Shown piece by piece: positions 1 through 24,298 of a DNA stretch of 64,000 nt. The stretch is from assembly GCF_009914755.1 (NCBI RefSeq), contig NC_060947.1; one strand, written 5' to 3'. How positions within the stretch are numbered: position 1 is the first letter of the stretch; the number at the start of each line of letters is the position of its first letter. The stretch comes from the human T2T-CHM13v2.0 reference genome, Homo sapiens. Made by a program: the position numbers and the translations under genes. The notes beneath the pieces were generated by a model. The model had not been told where the DNA came from, searched no databases, and saw only the letters and a program-made list of their open reading frames with translations.

Positions 1-190
1 AGGACGTGAAGCAAAGGTTTATATTTTATCATTATTATCATTATTCCTATTGTTGTTATTATTATTGGGCTGAAAGACGCCCCAGTACCATGAACAAAGG
101 TTTATATTCTATTATTATTAATATTATTGTTATTATTTAGGTGAACAAAGGTTTCTATTCTATTATGATGATCATCATTTGGCTGAAACA
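1..190. repeat. Degenerate AT-rich tandem repeat, 3 copies of (T)GAACAAAGGTTTATATT plus (ATT)n
   Basis: Motif recurs at ~7, ~91 and ~142, each time followed by ATT-type microsatellite. Confidence 0.6.
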
Positions 191-819
191 GGTCTAGTAC
201 CTGGAGTGAAGTTTTGTACTAAGAGCCAAAATTCCCAAACCCCTAACCAAGTGACTCCTGGAAGGAGAAACAAGAAGCTCCCTCCCACGTCTCCTGCTGT
301 CAGAATTCCATGGGATTCCCAGGTAAAGAACCGTCCACACAGTAGGTGGGTTCCACCTGAACCCACGTTAACAGCCACAGCAGAGCTGACCTTCTGCAGT
401 GAGTACCCTCCTTCCTCCTTCCTCCTCCCTTGCAGCGCTTCCGAGCACACAAGGCCACGAATAAAGGTTGCTGTAAACCAGCCTCTCACTGCCTCATTCT
501 TCAAGACTGGTGCAGCATCCCCAGTGCGGGGGGAGGGGGGTTTGGGGGGGACACTCCCCAAAACGCTCTCAGGGGGCCGGCGATTTCACGTTTCCAATTG
601 CACATCCATGAGAGGCCAGTGGATGTGCCTCACATGACTCTTACCAGAACGACACGTCGCAAGAGACCAGTGTGAAGAAGCAGAGGAAGGAGCCAGCCGC
701 CATCCGTCCCTTTATGGATGAGACTGACAAAACCCTAAAACTCAGCCACTCTTCTCCCTAGGTTTTTGTTATTTTGGAAATGACAATCATTTTTCTTTTA
801 AAAAACATACAGCACATGG

Positions 820-1540
<721 letters not shown>

Positions 1541-1871
1541 TATATAAAAATATCAATTGTTTTTATTTACATCTAAATTATATAAATATAACTTATTTGT
1601 ATTTTATATTTATAGAAAAGTATAAATTATTCTAAAAATATATATATTTAATAAAAATAAAATATAAAAACAATAAATATATTACATACATTTTTGTATG
1701 TAACATGTAATTGGCCTGTTACCATTACTTTTAAATAGATTGTTAAATATGTTTTAAATTTCTGTTTTAATGTCTAACAGGATGACTTATTGACTGTTAT
1801 AATCCACAAAAACAAAAACTGTCTGGGGTCCTCATTTTTTTTGAAAGAGATTCTATGATCAAGGAATTGGA

Positions 1872-2186
<315 letters not shown>

Positions 2187-4244
2187 TTACTTCTACCTGA
2201 TTTCTAATAGCCACTGTTCACTACTCATAAAACCAACAAGAATTAACTTTCCCTTTACAGGTTAAAAAAAAAATAGTTTGAAAAGTAGGACTTCTATAAA
2301 TAGCTTTGTAAGTGGGCCAGTTGGCATATTTTTTGTAAATACTCACTCCTGTGGTACAGCATTTACGAATCCATTTTGCATCCCAGAAAGTGAAGGAATA
2401 TTCTGTGGCCTATTATTTACAATAGAACTTTTAAGAAAAATTCTGTGGCAGTATTGGAACTGGACTTGACTACAGGTACCATCAATTTTCTCTCCTTTGC
2501 AAAACTCATTGATGTATCAGAGAAAATGTAATTTCTAAACAGATCACCCTGTTATTAATACCGGTGGGTAGAGACTTTCTTTACTCAATATGATCATTTT
2601 CAACAGATTTCAGGCCATATCAATGTTCAAGTTTTGATGCCATATTAGGATATTAAATGCACTGATTAAATCATCTATTTTAAAATCCAACCAACAGATA
2701 CAACTTACTGAATGGGCCGCATGGATATAGTCTTAAGAACACAGAGACAGACCCTCTTATGGGAATTCTCAATTTGCTTCTAAACCCCCTCTGTAAAGGC
2801 ATGACCAACATCTATGATTAATTTGTAATTATCTTGTTTTTCCATGATGAACTGTAAGAAGACACCATTTAGGAGTGGATTCCAGCCACAATTTCTTCCT
2901 TCTCATACCATGTAAGTCAACTCATGTGGAAGGTGTAACCCAGGCATTTCCTTTGTACGATACCTAAGAAGAACACGCTCCATTTGGAAGTTCTAAGAAA
3001 AAACTGCCCTTGCTTCCAATCTGCAGTGGGGAAATTGGCCCTCTTGGTTATTCAAACAGCTTAGCTCAAATGCCCTGGACAAAGTTCAATGTTTCCTCAC
3101 CAACAGCGAAGGCCTACCAGAGAGAAGCAAATAAAAAATGCCGTTTAGGAAGCTGGCCACCAGCAGACCAAGGACAACAGCATTCCTCCACTGGTATCGA
3201 AAATTATTTTTAATCCATACATAGGAAGGGGCTCGATGAGGGCAAGCCACTTAAGTTAATCTTTAGAGAAGGCCATTCTGTTTCGATACACACCCGGGTA
3301 CAGATTCCCTTGGCAGACACGTGACTTCACCAGAAGCTCGTCCTCTTTAACAACCTTCTGTTGTTGTTTAATCAGTAAATGGGAAAAAAAAAAAAAAAAA
3401 AGATTCCAGCCCTTTTTCTAATGCACAAAGAGCAAGTTTTTCAAAGGCCAGCATTTTGGTGAGCTGCTGCAGGAACCCCGGCCTCTTCTGCCAGGGCCCA
3501 CACAGGCCCTTAAGGAGGTTTAAGGGGACCTTTCTGTAAGCAAAACTGCCCGGATAAACATAATCTTCTGCGAGACTCCACACAATTGTTCAGCAGCTGT
3601 AAACCGTTCACCTTGCAACTGATTACTTACTTCAAACAAACATGCTCTCCTGCCCTCCGAAAGCCTGACTACAGTTCCCTTTACTCTCCTTCTTCTATGC
3701 ATTTGTAATTATGCTAAGTGGGTTTAAAAAAAAATACTGAAGGCCAGTTTGGCAGAAAAAGAAAAGCTTAGCTCACAGAAAACTCAAAGCTCTTTTTCTC
3801 TGGCTAGAGGCGGGAGAGAGAGGCTCATTTTAAAACATCCACTCCAGGCACGCTTCTCAAAGGGTGGCGCTGGGACCCCTGGGATTCCTTCAGTGGGTGC
3901 AGAGTGGAAGTCAAAAGTCATTTCACAATAAGGCACCCAAGCGCTTCGCCTGGCTGACTCCCAGTCTCCCAGAGGCGTGCAGTAGTGTCTTCCAGAGGCC
4001 TCCTGACATGCCATGAAACTGTCTACAGAGGCAGAAATAACAGCTCTCTTCTTAGGCTGGACATTTAAGACATTCAGGGCAACGTACACCCCCACCCCCA
4101 CCACACTGACCCTCTGAACGCTCTGTTTTGGAAAACTGTTATTTTTGAAACAAAGTATCATTTAACCTAACATGGAATTAACATTCCCTTTATTCCAGTT
4201 CACAAATAATTGTTTACAGGTTTCTAGGTTTAAATTGAGAATAT

Positions 4245-4805
4245 GGGCTGGGCACAGTGGCGCTCTGTCTGTAATCCCAGCAGTTTGGGAGGCCCAGACT
4301 GGAGGATTGCTGCAGGCCAGGGGTTCAAGACCAGCCTGGGCAACATGGTGAGATGCCATCTCTACAAAAAATTTAAAACATTAGCCAGGCGTGGTGGCTC
4401 ACGCCTGTAAACCCAGCACTTTGGGGGACCCAGGTAGGAGGATTGCTTCGGCCCATGAGTTTCAGACCAGCCTGGGCAACGTAGCAAGACCCTATTGCTA
4501 CACAAAAAAATTAAAACATTAGACAGGTGTGGTGGCTCACACCTGTAATCCCAACAGTTTGGGAGGCAAAGGAAGGAAGATCGCTTGAGCCCAGGAGTTC
4601 GAGACCAGCCTGAGCAACATAGCAAGACCCCGTCTACAAAACTTTAAAACATTAGTCGGATGCAGTAGCTGGTGCCTGTAATGCCAGCACTTTGGGAGGC
4701 TGAGGCAGGAGGACTGCTTGAGCCCAGGAGTTCGAGAGTAGCCTCGGCAACAGAGCAAGACTTCATCTCTACTTCCTATTACAAAAAATAATAATAATAA
4801 TAAAT
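4245..4805 (+). mobile_element. Four head-to-tail Alu left-monomer (FLAM/AluJ-like) units
   Basis: Four ~135 bp monomers starting near 4245, 4383, 4523 and 4653, joined by ...ttaaaacattag. Confidence 0.8.
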
Positions 4806-5068
4806 TCTGAACCTGCAAATCTAGGAACAGAAGTTATCTGCATACACAAAACACAGTGGCGGTCATCACTGATGAGTTCAGACAGTGAACGAGTCCTGCA
4901 AAGTTGGAGATCTGTGACTCAGAGATGTTTACAAAGGCCAAGGAAACAAAGTTGCCACTTAACGGGCCTGCCCTCCCCACCAGACCTCCGTGGCTCCCCA
5001 GTGCCCGAGAAGCCGCCTCTGGGCCCCCTCTGGAGACGTCCTCCGGAGAAGGGCCCATCCTCACTTAC

Positions 5069-5300
5069 CCTGGGGTGGGTAGGGGTCGAGGTCCCTGGGA
5101 CGCCCGCTCCTCCCCTCCGGGGCCTGGCGGGGGCGCGCGGTCACTGGCCGACCGCAGGCGGCAGGCAGAGCCGCCTGATGTCTTGGGCGCGGGGCGTGCG
5201 AGCCCCCGGGTCCCCGGCCATGGCCCGGAGGTGTCAGGGTGCGCGGGGGGGCGGTTGCACGGGGGCTGCTTGGTTGGAGCCCGACCCGGGACAGGCGGGG
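5069..5300 (-). other. ZBED1: Candidate alternative non-coding first exon (probably a ZBED1 5' UTR exon); 5' boundary approximate
   Basis: Strong donor AGG|GTAAGTGA on the minus strand (GT at 5068-5067) at the edge of the CpG island. ZBED1 is known to lie in DHRSX intron 1 and to use non-coding first exons from this island. The assignment to ZBED1 is an inference. Confidence 0.5.
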
Positions 5301-5574
5301 AGGCCACACGCGCGGGGAGGGAAGGGTCGGGCCGGGTCGGGCCGGGCCAGGCGCGCAGAAGAGCCGGCGGGGACGGAAAGCGCGGGGCGGGGAGGTCCCA
5401 GGCGCGCACGCCGCCCCCCCCCACCCCCGGCCACACCTCGACCCCCGCCCAGCCCCACTTCCGGGAGCGCCACCGCCTCGCCAAGGTCACGCGGAGCCCC
5501 CGCGCCCCCGCCCCCGAGCCAGCCCGCGCCCACCCGGGTCCCCGGAGCCCTGACCCCTGCCCCGCCCCGCTGAC

Positions 5575-5683
5575 CTGGCTCCAGGAAGCCCCCGCGGCAG
5601 CGCCGCAGCAGCTGCGCCAGGATCACCGCGGCGCCTACCGCGTAGACCCGCAGGGCCGCCCGCGCCGCAGACAATGGCGACAT
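5575..5683 (-). CDS. DHRSX: DHRSX coding exon 1 (dehydrogenase/reductase X-linked, SDR family), 109 nt, phase-1 intron follows
   Basis: Minus-strand ATG at 5683 in the context GCAGCCATGT. It reads MSPLSAARAALRVYAVGAAVILAQLLRRCRGGFLEP, which I recognise as the DHRSX N-terminus. The exon ends CCAG|GTCAGC with a canonical donor at 5574. The remaining exons lie left of the window. Confidence 0.95.
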
Positions 5684-5867
5684 GGCTGCCCCGGCCGCGC
5701 CGCCGCCGCTTCCGCGCCGCCCGCGGGACTCTGCGCCCGCCCGCCCGGACGGACGGCGGAAACGCGCGCGCCCCGGACCGCCCCCTGCCCGCCCCGAACC
5801 GCCCCGGCCTGCGGGGAACCCCCAACCCCAGACCCCGCCCGGGCCCTCTGGGATCCCGCACCGCCTG

Positions 5868-7550
5868 CAGGACTGGGGACCCCGAGCGGACAACCGACCC
5901 CAGCCAGGACACCCCCCCCAGGACCACAGACTCCAGCCAGGAACCCCCCCCTGCAAGGACCATAGACTTCAGCCAGGACCCCCCCCCCCCAGGACCACAG
6001 ACCCCAGCCAGGACGCCCCCAGGACCACTGACCCCAGTCAGGACCCCCCCTTCAGGACCACAGACCCCAGCAGGGACCCCCCACACACACCCCCAGCCAG
6101 GACCACAGACCCCAGCCAGGAATCCCCCCCAGGACCACAGACCCCAGCAGGGACCCTCCACACCTCCTCCAGGACCACAGACCCCAGCAGGGACCCTTCC
6201 CCCTCCCGGCAGGACTGCAGACCCCAGCAGGGATCCCCACCACCACAAGACCAACAGCCCCAGCCAGGACGCCCCCAGGACTACAGACCCCAGCCAGCAC
6301 CCAAGTCAGATCCATAGACTCCTCCCAAGAACACCCCCCAGGACCCCAGACCCCTGCTGGGACCCCCAAGACCACAGGCCCCCCCACTGGGGCACGCCCA
6401 GACACCCCACCAAGAACCCCACCAGGACTACAGACCTCCACCAGGACTCCCCAGTACCACAGATCCTCCCAGGGCCCCCCAGGACCACAGACCTCCACTG
6501 GGACCCCCACCACCAGGACCCCTCTCCAGGATCACAGACCCCTACTGGGGCCCCCTTCTAGGACCTCCACCTCCATCACAACCACCCCCCGGACCACAGG
6601 CCCCAGCCAGCACCCCACAAGACCACAGACCCCTGCCAGGACGCCCCCCAGGACTACAGACCCCAGCTGGACTGCCTCTCCAAGACCCCACACTCCAGCC
6701 AAGACCATGGAACCCCATTCAAGCCCCAGCCAGGACCCCCACCATGGGATCACAGATCCCCTACCCAGACCCTGCAGGGGACCAGGACCACCACGGGAAC
6801 CACCCTCCCCATCTTAGCCAGAATCATGTAACCCCACGCAGACCTCAGCAGGGACCACAAGGACTTGGACCCCATAGGGAACCCCAGACAACCACCCAGA
6901 GCCATGCCAGGATTATGGACCAGGACTCCCACAGAGGACTCTGAACAGCTGTAAGGACCATGGACCCCACACCCTAATTCGTACTGACACCACAGAACCT
7001 GCCCCAAGCACGGACCCCACACCCCAGTTCCTGCTGACACCACAGAACCTGCCCCAAGCACGGACCCCACACCCCAGTTCCTACTGAGACCACAGACCCC
7101 ACCCCAATTCCTGCCAGGCCACAGACACCACCCACCAAACCTACCCCTCCACTTCCCTGCCCCCAACAACCCTGCAGGGATCACAGACCCCCTTCCCGGC
7201 CCCTGCAGAGAACTCCAGACTACTTCAGGGACCACGAGCCCCCTCCCCACCCTGATCCCTACTGGGACAGCAGACCCCTACTCAGACCTTGGTTGGGAAC
7301 CCCAGACAACCACAGAGTTACCTGGGCTCCCTCAGGGAACCCCAGACCAGCACAGAACCCCCACCCAGACCCTTACCAGGGCCAAGGCTGAAATCCCACA
7401 TGGACCCCCCAGCAGACTCCTACTGGAATTCTTCATGGAACCCCCCACCCAGACACTCAGACCTTCACCCCACCACAACCCTCCCAGTCCCACACCTGGT
7501 CCCCCAGGGGACCCCAGACCTGGCATCCGGGACTCCACACAGATCCTAAC
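5868..7550. repeat. C-rich minisatellite/VNTR, unit ~28-32 bp CCCCCCAGGACCACAGACCCCAGCCAGGA, degenerating distally
   Basis: Many recognisable GGACCACAGACCCCAG cores from 5.9 to 6.7 kb, with decayed copies to ~7.5 kb. A 50 bp-period sub-repeat lies at 6962-7090. Confidence 0.9.
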
Positions 7551-7556
7551 ACCCGC

Positions 7557-8411
<855 letters not shown>

Positions 8412-9061
8412 CTGGGACCCTAAATCACCAACCCTATCATCCCCAGGACCCAGACCTCCACCTTCACTCTAGGTCTGCACCCTCATACACGTGCCGATGG
8501 GCACCCCCCAGCCCCTGCCGAGGTCCAGGAGTGAGAATCTCCACCAGCAAGTCACCTGACCCTAGCCAGGAACTCTATCCCTGCTGGGAGCCAGAACCCC
8601 ACACTCCACATCTCACTGGGACCCTGGCACCTTGCAGGGCCACAACCTATCTGGAACTTTGGCCCCCATTGGGATGCATCCCCACTCCCATAGGAATTGA
8701 ACCCTCCAGGCCTCACTCCCCACAGAACCTCAACAGGCACTAAGGGGCACCCCCAGTGTGCAGGTTGCACCCAGCCACTGGGTGGGCTCTGGTGCAGATC
8801 TAAGATGATTGGAATACAGAGACCTACCCGGCGACCTCAGGTGTGGCCAGGTGACCAAGCTGGGTTAAGAAGGGTCTTTGTGGCCTTTGCAACCCTCTGT
8901 CCTACAGATGAGGAAACTGAGGCCAGGAAGACCAAGGGATGGGGCTGTCCCATTTGGCCAAGTGTGCCAGGTATCTTCACATGTGCCCAAGTATGCTCAG
9001 GTGTCGCCAGGTATGCTCAGGTGTGATTCAGTAACCAGGTTGGATTAAGAAGGCTCCTTGT

Positions 9062-9513
<452 letters not shown>

Positions 9514-10039
9514 AGGTTATTCCAGCCTTTGCAACCTTCTGTCCTACAGATGAGAAAACTGAAGCTTTCTCGTTTGGCCATGTGTCCAGATATCCTGAGG
9601 CGTGCCCAGGTATCCTCAGGTGTGACCAGGTATGCCTAGGTGTGGCCAGGGCACCCAGCCAGAAGCATTGGGAAAATCCACAGTCACCCCTGTCCCCACC
9701 TTAAAGTTTTCCCAGGAGAGCTGCCGTTGCATGGGGTGTGAAACCGTGACCCCACTGCCAAATTCAGAAGGACCAAGGATTCCACCAGGAGCAGCAGGGG
9801 AGTGGGCTTATTGTAGCCCGACATGCTCCTCCCTTTGGGGACTTCTGGTAGTTATCTAAAAGGATGTTTGTGAGCAAAAGGATAGTGACGTCTAGAGCCA
9901 TGAATTGGGGGGCTAAAAGCAGAATGCATCACCTGGTGCTTCCAGCAATGGTTTGGGAGACACCCCTACCTTCCCCACAACCCACTTATCTTCTCAGAGG
10001 CTCATTTCATCATCTGTCATATATTGACTTTGATTTCCA

Positions 10040-11985
<1,946 letters not shown>

Positions 11986-12373
11986 GTGGTTTACAAATTC
12001 CTGTCTATTTCAGGATTTCATAAGCAGGTTTGAAATTGCATTCACCTAAACCGGAACAGGCCAGGACAGCAGGGGCAGGAGATGCTCCCTGGAGGAGCTT
12101 ACATGAAGGACACCCCTACTGGAAGAGAGAGAAGGATATTGCAGGGTGGGGGCCCTGTCCTTAGGACTTCTGGTTGACCCAGGGCCAACTTCCCCATCAC
12201 GCATCCTAAGCTGAGTGTGAGGATCTCATGAAACTCTTCAGGGTCCATAACAATGCTTTAAGTTAATGTGTCTCAAATCAGAAAAAATATATATAATAAT
12301 GAATATAAATCATGCACACAGTCCAGAAAATATGTCTTTTTATCAACACAGTTGTAAGATTTATGAGGTCATA

Positions 12374-12955
<582 letters not shown>

Positions 12956-13449
12956 TATATTTTTTAGTGGAAGAGGCAAAGATGGCCACAGTGTGGCCCT
13001 TCAGGGGGCCTGATCCGAAAACATCACCGTGGGCTGGGGTGGTCTGTTCCTGTCAGCCCCTGGTCATGCAGGAGGGCTTCAGTGATGTTAGCCACATTCT
13101 AAACAGAAACAGCTTGAGGTTTCTCCAGGGAATCTTGTTCTGTTAAATAGCACCTGTGGGGTCAAAGTTCAGCCCACTAGCAACAATTCCTGATAGCGCA
13201 GTGCCTCCCTCCCGTGAGATTCTCCTTGAAATTTAGCAGCCTGGAAAGCAACCTTCCTGGTTGTAAGATATGTGGGCCAGTCTCCCTGTGCGTGGGGACA
13301 CAGCCTCTGTATCTCTCTCCTATTCCTGGTGCTAATTCTCTCGTGCACATAGTAGAATCCCAGTAAATAACCATGTAATTCATTAGTAATAATATAATAG
13401 ACTATTGTAATCCATTTTGATGTCCCAATTGACCTTAGCTGTGATTCAT

Positions 13450-13760
13450 GTTTCCTTTATTCTTTTCTTTATTTTCTTTCTTTCTTTGCTTGCCTTTGTT
13501 TCTCTCTCTTTTCCTTCCTTCCTCTCTTTCTTTCTTCTCTTTCTTTTTTCTTTTGCTTGCTTTCTCTCTCTCTCGTTTTCTTTTTCTCTTTTTCTTTCCC
13601 TTTTCTCTTTTTTCTCCTTACTCTTCTCTTTTTCTCTCTCTTTTTCTCTTCTCTTTCTCTTTCTTTTTCTTTCTCCTTTGTTTCTCTTTCTCCTTTCTCT
13701 TTCTTTTTCTTTCTCTTCTCTCTCTCTCTCTCTCTCTCTGTCTCTGTGTCTCTCTCTTCC
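13450..13760. repeat. Polypyrimidine (TC/TTTC)n tract, expanded tail of the adjacent AluJ
   Basis: ~310 bp of almost only T and C, contiguous with a minus-strand Alu. Confidence 0.9.
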
Positions 13761-13762
13761 TG

Positions 13763-14335
<573 letters not shown>

Positions 14336-14456
14336 TCATGTTTTATTTTGTGTTTCAGTGTTTAATTCCTCAAAGTCATGGGCCCTGTGGCTGAGCACTG
14401 GTACATGCCTAGGCAGAGGTTATCCCCAGAGTAAACTCTCATAAAGAGGTATTCTG

Positions 14457-15370
<914 letters not shown>

Positions 15371-15574
15371 TCAATGCTTTTTTTATCAAAAAATTCTAAA
15401 TTATTTGGGCAACTTTTTGACAATAAGGATGTTCTACAATACATGCCTGTGATACTTTATATTTTTAGAGTGCCAAGTATCAAATCTGTTTCCATCACAA
15501 ATAATATCCACCAGCTGGAATGTGTGGAGACAGCATTGCTCTGTTAAGTTCCATTAAAGGTGTTATTAGCATCT

Positions 15575-16165
<591 letters not shown>

Positions 16166-16175
16166 CTGGGCAGTA

Positions 16176-16889
16176 TGTGCAACAAAGGTATGGCTCATCT
16201 GTTTGGCCGCTGCGTGCTCAAACCCCTTACAGGATGGAGAGCACGCAGACGGACAGATGCAGAAGCCGGGGCAAACACTTTGGGGATCTGGCCCCATGGT
16301 AGCATGAAGGGCTGGGTGCCTGCAACTCCTGAAGCCCAAGTTGTTGTGTGTTACAGTGCATTCTTTTGGCTTTGCTGTCCGCAGACAACTTGAGTGTTTG
16401 CTCTCTGTGGACAGCTTGTGCCTCCTTGGTGGCCAAGTCCTTGTCAGTGTCCTGGAAGAATCAGGTCACCCATGGACTTGAAGGATGATGAATGCAGGGG
16501 TTTTATTGAGTGGTGGAGGTGGCTCTCAGCTGGATGGATGGGGAGCTGGAAAGGGAATGGAGTGGGAAGATGGTCTTCCCCTGGAGTTTGGCCGTCCAGC
16601 AGCCGATCTCTCCAACCGTCCCCAGCTAAACTCCTCTCAGCATTCAGACACTCCTTCTCTTCTTTCTGCCAATCTTTTGCTCTTCGGTTCGTCTCCTCCT
16701 GGAGCCAGGGGTTTGGGATTTATATGGGTACAGGATGGGGGGAGTGGGGGGCCAAAAGGCAACGTTTGGGTGTGAATACAGGCATGCCTGTTCTCATTTC
16801 AGGCTGTGGGTTTCCAGGCGTGAGGGTGGGGCCTTTGCTGGGGAACCACCCTCTTCTACCCAGTATTTCCCTGTCTCCTGCCTGTATCA
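16176..16889 (-). mobile_element. MER50-type ERV1 solo LTR
   Basis: Reverse complement begins TGATACAGGCAGGAGACAGGGAAATACTGGGTAGAAGAGGG, matching the MER50 start as I recall it. Confidence 0.75.
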
Positions 16890-17225
16890 CCTTCAGGGTG
16901 ATCATTTCCTCATGCCTTGGGGGCAAGCCTGACAGCTCATTGTTGGGATTGATGCTATGGTCATTAGTATGTTTATTATTATTTTTAATCAGTATCACAA
17001 TTGCATCTCTCGAGCCCACAAAGCTTTGATGGGCACAGAACTATGATTTTCATCCACAAGGACATGAAAGCATCAAGGAACTGCTATTTCAGGGCAGAGG
17101 TTTATTTTCACTTTGGTTTTGTTTACAAGGAGTTTTAGAGATTGGAGTTTCCAGGAATACAAATCACAGGTTTCCACCTATGAGAACGATATGCAGAGAC
17201 AACCCCCTGCCCAGTCTGGCAGGTG

Positions 17226-18212
<987 letters not shown>

Positions 18213-18286
18213 GGTGGGTCTGATGAAACTTTCCAGCCCCTGTCCTGAAATTTGACTTTAGAGAAGTTGCATACCAGTTCAGTTTC

Positions 18287-19040
18287 TTGTTTGTTTGTTT
18301 GTTTGTTTTGACACGGAGTCTCACTCTGTTGCCCAGGCTGGAGGGCAGTAGTACAATCTTGGCTCACTAGAGTGCAGTAGTACAATCTTGGCTCATCTGC
18401 CTCCCGGGTTCAAGCAATACTCCTGCCTCAGCATCCTGAGTAGCTAGGATTACAGGCACACACCACCACGCCCAGCTAATTTTTGTATTTTTAGTAGAGA
18501 CAGGGTTTCACCATGTTGGCCAAGCTGGTCTCAAACTCCTGACCTCAAGTAATCTGCCCATCTCGGCCTCCCAAAGTGCTGGAATTACAGGCATGAACCA
18601 CCACACCCGGCCCCAGCTCAGTTTCTTAAGGACTCTGTAACAAGGGAGGGAGAACATCGCCAATTTGGGGCATTCCTTCTGATGCTGAAGGTGCATGATT
18701 CTTGCTGTTTCTAACTCTGAGTTCCAGAGGTGGTTTTTTCAGAAGCAGAGCCTCAGCTGGGCACGGTGGCTCACACCCATAATCCCAGCACTTTGGGAGG
18801 CCGAGGCAAGAGGATCACTTGAGGCCAGGAGTTCAAGACCGGCTTGAGCAACAGAGCGAAGCCTCATGTCTACTGAAAATTAAAAAAAAAAAAAAAAAAA
18901 AATGAGCTGGCTGTGGTGGCCTGCACCTGTGGTCCCAGCTACTTGGGATGCTGAGGTGGGAGGATGGCTTGAGCTGTGATGGTACTATTGCAGCCTGGAC
19001 AACAAAGCAAAACCCTGTCTCAGACACACACACACACAAA
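18287..19040. mobile_element. Alu (-, ~18287-18611) and AluJ-type (+, ~18756-19040)
   Basis: Alu consensus. The first copy has an internal duplication of gcagtagtacaatcttggctca. Confidence 0.9.
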
Positions 19041-19307
19041 AGAAGCAGAAGAAGTTGTTTGGAGCCAGGATGGCTCATTTGCCCACAGGAACTCACAGGA
19101 AGTCTGAAAATAGTCAGGTAGAGCACATAGAAGCTGCAACAGCTGTGAGCTCCCCCCAGAGTCCCTGAGCACATCTCTATCGCGCGTGGGGGCTGCTGAT
19201 GCTGGTATCATTTCCAAAACAATAAGTCAGGATCTCCCAGACAGACGGGAGTGCTGCCGACAGCCTTCTCTGTTTTTCTTTTTTTAAAATTTTTAGTTAT
19301 TCTACGT

Positions 19308-20239
<932 letters not shown>

Positions 20240-20840
20240 CATACATAATAGTTGTACAAATTTATGGGGTACATGTGAGATATATATATATATACATACA
20301 TATACATATATATATTTTTTTACTTTACGTTCTGGGATACAGGTGCAGAACGTGCAGGTTTATTACATAGGTATACATGTGCCATTGTGGTTGGCTGCAC
20401 CCATCAACCCATCATCTAGATTTTAAGCCCCGTATGCATTAGGTATTTGTCCTAATGCTCTCTCTCCCCTTGCCCCCCACCCACCCCACATGTGATATTT
20501 TGATATCAGCATAGAATGTGTCATGATGAAATCAGGATAATTAGGGTACCCATCACCTTAAGCATTTATAATTTCTTTGTGGAAATCACATTCCAATTCC
20601 ACTCTTTCAGTTATTTTGAAATACACAATAAATTATTGTGAATACAGTCACCCTATGGTTTGGCCAAACACTAGACTGTATTTCTTTTATCCAACTGTAT
20701 TTTTGTACCCATGAACCATCCTCTCTTAATCATCCCCTCCCACTAACCTTCCCAGTCCCCAGTCACCATCATTCTACTCTCTATCTCCGTGAGTTCAATT
20801 TTTTAAGCTCTCACATATGAGTGACGACAAGCAATGTTCT
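20240..20840 (-). mobile_element. L1MA-type 3' fragment with a nested short L1PA 3' end (~20316-20485)
   Basis: Antisense L1 3' UTR text: gtgcaggtttattacataggtatacatgtgcca..., and agtcaccatcattctactctctatctc. Confidence 0.75.
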
Positions 20841-20981
20841 CTTTGACATTTTCCCCTGTCCTTCATTCCATCAAACAAACCTCATTTTACCATGATGCCA
20901 CCATGATATAATAACAGCTGCACATGCAAAGCCATTGATTGTAACATGACTTCATGACCTGTGCATAAAAAAGCATGCTAG

Positions 20982-24298
<3,317 letters not shown>

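Larger units (their letters stand above)
4960..5890. promoter_or_regulatory. CpG island / TATA-less promoter of DHRSX and ZBED1
   Basis: Very GC- and CpG-rich, with many GC boxes. ETS/GABPA-type CACTTCCGGG at 5456-5465 and CCGCTTCCGC at ~5706-5715. Surrounds the DHRSX start codon. Confidence 0.9.

Noticed and set aside
175-675. ORFs of 81-152 aa in intron 1 as part of ZBED1
   Set aside because: No BED finger or hAT transposase motifs and no other recognisable similarity. The ZBED1 CDS is expected outside the window.
4872-6561. Long overlapping ORFs (233-353 aa) on both strands
   Set aside because: They arise from stop-codon scarcity in the GC-rich island and VNTR and are low-complexity P/G/R/A. 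Only the 36-codon DHRSX segment is recognisable and bounded by a splice donor.
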